Of a DNA stretch of 64,000 nt, positions 58,023-64,000 are shown one piece after another. The position numbers and the translations under genes are program-made. Source of the stretch: a virus. Under the pieces are notes generated by a model. It made no database searches, was not told the origin of the DNA, and was given only the letters and a program-made list of their open reading frames with translations. Location of the stretch: positions 82,674 to 146,673 of IMG/VR virus record IMGVR_UViG_3300036760_000150. One strand, 5' to 3'. Within the stretch, counting starts at the first letter, position 1, and the number at the start of each line of letters is the position of its first letter.

Positions 58023-58379
58023 ATGTCCAATAAGCTTGATGAACTCTCAGAAGCGATAGGATGCCTTCGGGCTACGTCTGAGGCTCATGCCCAGACGCTC
58101 AGGGAGATCAAGGACGAACTCCACGACATGAACCGTAACTGGTCAGACAACACGAAGTCTCTTCAAGAGCACATGATGCAGACAAGCTTGGTCAGGGAGA
58201 GAACTGAGCTTATGAAGGAAGAGTTAGATCTGTACAAGCAACAGATGGCACCGGTCGAAGAGACCGTCAAATCTATCAAGTGGTTGGCAAACGTCTACAA
58301 GTTCCTGATACCCCTTCTAGGTATACCAACCGCAGCTTACTACATACTAAAGATCATGCATGAGTTCCTCGGACACTAA
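58023..58379 (+). CDS. Coiled-coil protein with a C-terminal TM segment (holin/spanin-like candidate)
   Basis: Heptad-rich N-terminus and hydrophobic C-terminus. Confidence 0.5.
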   Translation: MSNKLDELSEAIGCLRATSEAHAQTLREIKDELHDMNRNWSDNTKSLQEHMMQTSLVRERTELMKEELDLYKQQMAPVEETVKSIKWLANVYKFLIPLLGIPTAAYYILKIMHEFLGH

Positions 58380-58672
58380 CTCAAGGTATGTCTACCCCAG
58401 CCTCAGTCAGAGCGTCTTCCAGTTCTGACACCCTACTCTCATATTCATCGCGCTGATATCTAACATAGCCAGCGTCTTCCTCAACGTCTTCGATCTTGCT
58501 TTGTCCAACATCCCTAGCCTTGTCGATCAGGTATGTTGCCAAGTCCATAAGTTCCCAGAACAACTTGCCTTCAGTTAAAGTTTCCATAGCATCTTGTGTC
58601 GAGATCCTCTTCAACAACCTCCTAAGTGCGTAGGAGTTCTTCTCTACTTCTGATGACGTTTTATTTTTCTGC

Positions 58673-59239
58673 TTACGTTTTGCCATCGATCATCTCCTTG
58701 AACTTCTTAAGCACAGCCACAGCAGCTTGGTTGTCACCTCGGGCGGTGTGACTGTCATGTGGGATACCGAACAACTGTGTAAGTTTCTCTAGTTTGACGG
58801 ACTGATCTTTGTCCATCTTGCCGAAGTACTTCATCAAGACTGCACCAGACACCGAGTCAAGCATGTGGTATCTGACAGCTTTCTGCCAGATGTAGGACTT
58901 GAATGTGGCCTCCATGAACCCTCTGTCAAAGGATGGGTTGTGCCCCAGCAGCATCAACTGAGTCTTGTAGCTTCTGGTGTACGGAGACAGCATGTTGTCT
59001 ATGAGGGTCTGGGCGATCACGATGGACGTTGCTTTGGCGTCGTGTTCTATTAGATTGATCTTGTTGATGCGAAGGGCTTCTGCTGTGACATGGTATGTGT
59101 CATGTTTGATGCACAGGTCAAGTTCCTCCATTGTGTCTAGATCTTCTGACAAGATGGTTAGGTTCAAGGTAAGTAAGGAGTGTTTGTCTTTGTCGAGACC
59201 ACCAGTCTCTACATCGATACCGAGGAAGGTTGGGTTCAT
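58673..59239 (-). CDS. DEDDh 3'-5' exonuclease
   Basis: IDVETGG, GHNPSFD, HTARGD. Confidence 0.9.
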   Translation of the reverse strand: MNPTFLGIDVETGGLDKDKHSLLTLNLTILSEDLDTMEELDLCIKHDTYHVTAEALRINKINLIEHDAKATSIVIAQTLIDNMLSPYTRSYKTQLMLLGHNPSFDRGFMEATFKSYIWQKAVRYHMLDSVSGAVLMKYFGKMDKDQSVKLEKLTQLFGIPHDSHTARGDNQAAVAVLKKFKEMIDGKT

Positions 59240-59370
59240 TTTTTACCTTTTGTTTAATGATGTCATCAGAGCACACAATGGCTGGTACTCTTAGTTATTT
59301 GAACAGATTGAGCTAGCAAAGTCAAGTCCTTACGGTTATTTAACTGACATTCTTAATCTTCAATAGTATC

Positions 59371-59721
59371 ATGAACTTACAAGTTACGAAAGACAGATGG
59401 AATAGCTGGGTTGATCATCTAAACAAACATGGTGTACCCTTGCCGCTGGTGCGTGATCCTCGCACTGGTAAAGGGTCAGTTTCACTTACCATGACCTTCC
59501 TCAGCTTCAACCTGTGCGTACTGTCTATCCTAGGCAAGGCCACGCTAATCATCCTTAAGGCTCTCCACGTAGGTGGTCTCGACAAAGACACTGCCAACCT
59601 CTTGTCCTCTATAGACGCTGGCCAGGCTCTGAGCCTGTTCATGGCGTGCGCAGGGTTGTACTGGAGTAGGAGAGTTGGTGCCACCAAGGTAGACTCGAAA
59701 CCTGACGAGCCTGCCTCTTAA
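59371..59721 (+). CDS. Membrane protein, holin candidate
   Basis: Two hydrophobic segments; own late motif TCTTAATCTTC at 59351-59361. Confidence 0.5.
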   Translation: MNLQVTKDRWNSWVDHLNKHGVPLPLVRDPRTGKGSVSLTMTFLSFNLCVLSILGKATLIILKALHVGGLDKDTANLLSSIDAGQALSLFMACAGLYWSRRVGATKVDSKPDEPAS

Positions 59722-60200
59722 AATCCACTCGGCAGATCTACGTTCTCTTTACCATACAAGAACAACTCTTTTAGGTAGTATCCTTTGAATCTCTCGTATT
59801 GAGAGTTGTCGACGCTAGACTCATGCATTATGCTGAGTGGATGATTCTTCACCATGTCATTTCTATGTTCTCGTCTTAGTAGGCAGTGACCTAGCTCGTG
59901 GAACATCACGTTCTCTCGCTCTGACTCATGAAAACTAATCCACCACGTCTTGTCTACCACTACCTCTGCCCGACGGATCGAGCACTCGGCTATGGTGGAT
60001 CGTCGAGGGTCTTTTGGCCTGCCCGTCTTACCGAAATGTATTGTTAGACCCTTACTTGGCAAGTTAACGCCGTATGATCTAGCGTAGGTTAGAAAGTTCA
60101 TGTAGTAGCCGACAAAGTCTGAGTCTACACGCTCTTGCACATGGGATGCGTCGAGCAGGACAGCGAGTAGTGCCGCTATGACCATAGCTCTCTTAGGCAT
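59718..60200 (-). CDS. Secreted zincin (matrixin-like) metallopeptidase
   Basis: Signal peptide MPKRAMVIAALLAVLL; HELGHCLLRREH...SIMH (Met-turn). Confidence 0.8.
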   Translation of the reverse strand: MPKRAMVIAALLAVLLDASHVQERVDSDFVGYYMNFLTYARSYGVNLPSKGLTIHFGKTGRPKDPRRSTIAECSIRRAEVVVDKTWWISFHESERENVMFHELGHCLLRREHRNDMVKNHPLSIMHESSVDNSQYERFKGYYLKELFLYGKENVDLPSGF

Positions 60201-60413
60201 AGAAGTAACCGTCGACGTCTGATCGTCTGATGTGCTTCTGCTCGACGAGTGTCTCAAGATAAACTGTGATCTCTCTCTCGGAGATGTTGAGGCCGCGCAT
60301 GCTCAACTTCTGTGTCACCTCGCTGGCGTTCATCAGACCGAAGTACCGCAAAGCATTCCAGGTTTGAAGCATAGGTAACGTCATGGATAATACCTCCCCT
60401 AAAGTATCTATCC

Positions 60414-60442
60414 ATGATACTACTCATTATCTACCCAGTCAA
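60414..60442 (-). promoter_or_regulatory. sigma70-type promoter
   Basis: TTGACT-N17-TATCAT. Confidence 0.7.
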
Positions 60443-60500
60443 GAGATATTACTTTAGTCAGAACAAAGACTTAGAGAAATACTATCTATTCAAAGAGGTA

Positions 60501-61505
60501 TCACTTCAACAAAGACTTAGAGAAATCTTCCCTGTTCATCTTCCTGTACAGCTCGTTCACAGGGTTGGCGAAGCTGGAAGGCATATAGTAGACGTCGTCG
60601 GGGTACTGGGCTGCTGTTGCCTCGCACTCCCTGATCTTGTAGGTCGTGTTGGTGGCTGGGTCAAAGCCAAGGTATGGCACATTCTCATACGCTGGCCTGA
60701 GGTACGAGTAGATCTTCCTGGCGACCCACATGGTGGGTGTAGGCAAGAACCTCTTCGACATGGATAAGAACCTGCGAGTGATCACGTCGTCGCCGACGTT
60801 GTACTTTCCGTGCAGGCTCCATGAGTTCGGGTTGGTGGGGTTCACAGACTTGGGGTAGTCCTGCACCAGGAAGTACAGGCCTAGCTTGTCGGCTAGCCAC
60901 ACACGAACGGAGCCAGGCTGGCGACCTTTGACTAAGCAGATGACGAGTATGCTTAGGATCTGGTACAGCTCCATCAGCATCAACAGAGGGTACGGCACCA
61001 GCATGAGTGGTTTTGGCCAGTTCACCTTGATCCAATGTCCCACACCTAGGTAGTGATGACTGTACAGTGATGCCCAAAGAGACCTGTAGTACAGAGCCAG
61101 GTCTATCGGCCCCACAATGTCGCCGTTCGGTGTCCTCAAGAACCTCTTGAGGTCTGCAAGGAAGGCTTGGACCACAAGTCTTGTCATGCCCATAGAACCC
61201 ATCGCCATCACGGCTTGGGTCTTGTTGTCCCTGGACATATCACGTGGGTCGTTGTACGGAGGCAGCGAGTATCGGACGTAGTCTCCGGGGTTGAACGGAT
61301 CTTCAAGGGCGTGTAGTGCTGTGTGGAAACGCTCCTTGTTGTACTCGAAGTTGGACTCGGTGCGGTCGTCGCGGGTCATGCCGATGTACTGAAATACGTT
61401 CCCGGTTCGACCTAATGCATCGCCAGAATCGCCGTTGGTCTGTAGAATTATATTCTTTGAGTCTGCGTTGAACTCTAGGTCGTCAACCAACATCAGTCTT
61501 TGCAT
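60501..61505 (-). CDS. Hypothetical protein (DSGD...MSRD motifs)
   Basis: 334-aa ORF with genome-typical codon use. Confidence 0.7.
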   Translation of the reverse strand: MQRLMLVDDLEFNADSKNIILQTNGDSGDALGRTGNVFQYIGMTRDDRTESNFEYNKERFHTALHALEDPFNPGDYVRYSLPPYNDPRDMSRDNKTQAVMAMGSMGMTRLVVQAFLADLKRFLRTPNGDIVGPIDLALYYRSLWASLYSHHYLGVGHWIKVNWPKPLMLVPYPLLMLMELYQILSILVICLVKGRQPGSVRVWLADKLGLYFLVQDYPKSVNPTNPNSWSLHGKYNVGDDVITRRFLSMSKRFLPTPTMWVARKIYSYLRPAYENVPYLGFDPATNTTYKIRECEATAAQYPDDVYYMPSSFANPVNELYRKMNREDFSKSLLK

Positions 61506-62679
61506 AATTTCTTCCTGAGAGATTTAACTTTTTTTTCGAGAAACTCTATCTCCTTCCTGAGTTTTAAATTTCTCTTGGCTAATTTAGAAGATGAATGCGT
61601 TAGATTTTTCGCATAGAACCAACCTGTACCAAAACTTGGATGTTTAGTTGACACAGTACTGTCATGGTGTATTCGTATTACTTTCATCGGTTTATCACCC
61701 CATACGGAGTTTTTTGTGGCATACACCTCGTCGCCTGGTTTGAACATCACGTTTTTCTATCTATATTCTTGATCCATCTTTGATACCACTCGATAAAATT
61801 TTTCTCTTTGACTTTGCCAAGTACTCTAAGGACGTTGTATTGAATTATATGCAACGTCAAGAATACTACATAGAAAGATGACACAGCAACTGCGAGTAGA
61901 AGTGCGAGAAAGGCTAGAACAGCTAGAATATTGGTCATAACCTGTCGATGATCTTTTTGATTTGTTTAAGTCCGTTGGTCCAGTCGTCAGCTGTGGTAGC
62001 CACGTACCCGTGAATCATATCAACGTCAAAGGTTGTCGCGATGTACTCGTCGATATCAACTGTCATTTTACCATCTTTGTCTACCTGGAACTTGGTGCCA
62101 TAGAGGGTGCCGCCTTTGACGTAGTCTACACGAACGTACAACCACCAGTAGTCTGATGCCTTCTTAGGCGCATAGTAGCAGTTCCTGTACTTCCAGTAGG
62201 TGCCGACCATGGAGTTCAACTTCGGTGTCAGCACCTCGTCTGTGTATCTCTTCTCTAGCTCGTTCAGCTCATCTCTTACTTGTTTGAACTTGGCACGTTT
62301 GCTGTTCAAGACGTTGATCTCTGACTTGGTCATAAAGTATCCTCTATGCCAACCTTCTCGATCTTCATGGACCCATGCAGGAAGCTGCCAGCTGACATGC
62401 CATCTTCGGCAAGTATCATGGAGTCTACCCTGTCTGTCCCCTCGTAGGTGTCGTGGAAGCTCTCGTTGAAGTTGTTGACAGCTTCTTCAAGAGCCTTCTT
62501 TGACTCTGGCAACGACGAGTGCTCGCTGATGGTGGTTGGACTGAAGGAGTCGTAGTACCTGATCAACTTGTACATGACGCCGAATGAGTTCCCAAGGAAA
62601 GACCCATCGACCTTGCCTACAGTACTGTACGACTCCATGTTGAAAGACATGCCTAACATAAAACTAACCTCCTGTTGGT

Positions 62680-62708
62680 ATCATAGCATCACATGAGATC
62701 GAAGTCAA
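62680..62708 (-). promoter_or_regulatory. sigma70-type promoter
   Basis: TTGACT-N17-TATGAT with extended TG, followed by an AGGAGG RBS. Confidence 0.72.
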
Positions 62709-62747
62709 CCGTCTACTTCTATTTCTGCCCTTGAGAAATTTTAAGTA

Positions 62748-62768
62748 ATCCCGCCATTTTGGCGGGAT
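62748..62768 (-). terminator. Probable terminator hairpin
   Basis: ATCCCGCCA-TTT-TGGCGGGAT in AT-rich intergenic DNA. Confidence 0.6.
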
Positions 62769-63359
62769 ATATATTTGTCATCATTTCTCATGAACATAAA
62801 ATTACTCCTTGCCTGATATTACGGGTGCATGGTTGTACACCTCGCTGAACGGGACGTACTGTGTCGTCTCGTGAAGACCTATCAGCACGTTGTGCTTCGG
62901 GTGCTCCTTGGTGAGGAACTCCTCTGTCTCCGTGGCCGCCAACCGGTGAGCTGACCCGCAGTCCTTACACTTGACCACGCACCGCACGTTGAAGCCGAGC
63001 GCCTTAGCCCTGAGCTGCTCCTGGTAGAGCCACTTGAGTTGGACGACCTGCTTCAGGGTGAGGTTTTCGCTGGTACTAGGTATGTTCATGATACCTCCGA
63101 TATGAGTCTCTCGATCTTCTTCGATTTCTTCGCTAGGGCGGTCAACATCTTTTGAAGTTTCTTCTTGCCAGCCTCTATCGCCTCTGTCCTTGTCTTGAAG
63201 GCTGTGCCTCCCAACTTCTCGAACACGCTGTTATACACATGCCCTGTGTTTTTAGAAGCATAGCCGGATTCGACGTAGCTGCAGTTCTCGTGCATGATGA
63301 TCCCTTTGGTCTCGATGTACTTGATGGAGTAGATCGTGAATGTGTCGTTGCTCATGAGA

Positions 63360-64000
63360 TTACCCTTTCTTGTGTAGACCCAAGACTCTGACTTGCTTGC
63401 ATCTAATCTTGGTCAAGTTCTTTGAGTAGACTGCTATATCTTTTAGCTTCACGGCACATCTCAGAACAGTTCCTTGATGGAACGACAGTGCCAACTCCGG
63501 CGTTGGTGATAGGTGCAAGCCATTACCACACTCTTTGCTTGCATCTCCATCCCAGTCTGGACATTTGACAAGTCCTTCGTACTTGATCTTTCCAGTTTGG
63601 TAGTCACACATGGTTGCTGGGTTCACAGATTTGTATAACACAACTTCATCGTCTGATGGTCTCTCTAGGTCATGGATGTCTGCGAAAGACGATGCATCGT
63701 ATTGGGTTTGTTTGCGCTTCCTGATCAGGGAGTTCTTAGATTTTCGTGGGAGTTTTATGGTGTGTGCGTCTTCTTCCAGTGTGATAACAGCCCAATCTTT
63801 GATGGCTTTCAGTACGACGTAGATGGACAGTATCATGATGATGGAGTTGCCGTACGCCGTGACCTGGCTTGAGCCGTACGCCCTGACCTGGCTTGAGTCG
63901 CACGCCCTGACCTGGCTTGAGTCGCACGCCGTGACCTGGCTTGAGTCGCACGCCGTGACCTGGCTTGAGCCGTACGCCCTGACCTGGCTTGAGCCGTACG
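63360..64000 (-). CDS. Partial protein with octapeptide beta-helix repeats and a C-terminal YK...CxxGLH domain (start lies beyond the window)
   Basis: A[YC][GD]SSQV[RT] repeats run in frame into ...VLYKSV...KECGNGLH...KIRC. Confidence 0.8.
   Translation of the reverse strand, partial: YGSSQVRAYGSSQVTACDSSQVTACDSSQVRACDSSQVRAYGSSQVTAYGNSIIMILSIYVVLKAIKDWAVITLEEDAHTIKLPRKSKNSLIRKRKQTQYDASSFADIHDLERPSDDEVVLYKSVNPATMCDYQTGKIKYEGLVKCPDWDGDASKECGNGLHLSPTPELALSFHQGTVLRCAVKLKDIAVYSKNLTKIRCKQVRVLGLHKKG
63849..64000 (-). repeat. 24-bp coding tandem repeat (at least 6 units)
   Basis: G[CT]CG[TC]ACGCC[GC]TGACCTGGCTTGA units with no spacers. Confidence 0.95.

Noticed and set aside
63736-63951. RLKPGQGV-repeat ORF from the track
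   Set aside because: It is an alternative frame of the 24-bp repeat; the A[YC][GD]SSQV frame is continuous with the downstream domain.
63849-64000. Possible CRISPR array
   Set aside because: Units are directly adjacent with no unique spacers, are a multiple of 3 long and read in frame as an octapeptide repeat.

Overview
This window is part of a large (jumbo-like) myovirus genome, read in the standard bacterial code. It has two kinds of block. The + strand late blocks (about 5.0-30.7 kb and 53.0-58.4 kb) carry neck/adaptor-like genes, an intein-containing neck/tail-completion protein, a 943-aa tail sheath, a tail tube, fibre-like genes and a paralogous array of virion proteins. Each late block begins with a recurring TCTTAAT(C/T)TTA motif. 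The early/middle blocks (1-4.9 kb, 30.7-52.9 kb, 58.4-64 kb) are mostly on the - strand, have sigma70-type promoters, and are rich in nucleotide/RNA-end-processing enzymes: an NTase, three HADs, MazG, two metallophosphoesterases, CYTH, TMK and a DEDDh exonuclease. They also hold a SNF2 helicase-nuclease, a DUF932 protein behind a sigma54-type promoter, one tRNA(CAU) and a candidate tRNA-like ncRNA. The main finding is a putative capsid-cargo system at 6.5-25 kb. A 1533-aa polyvalent protein strings together about seven domains (lytic transglycosylase-like, DUF3293-like, two zincin-like, two ADP-ribosyltransferase-like and a PI3/4K/HipA-like kinase). A hydrophobic-x-K-[S/A/G/T] motif sits at every domain boundary. 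The same motif recurs in neighbouring non-structural-looking proteins, including an mCpol-like palm-domain protein and a 1938-aa alpha-solenoid/GNAT-like protein. I infer an effector polyprotein that the prohead protease cleaves and the virion delivers. No major capsid, portal, terminase or protease gene is recognisable in this window. Several small indels in short homopolymers suggest residual sequencing errors. All family assignments come from motif recognition by eye, not database searches.
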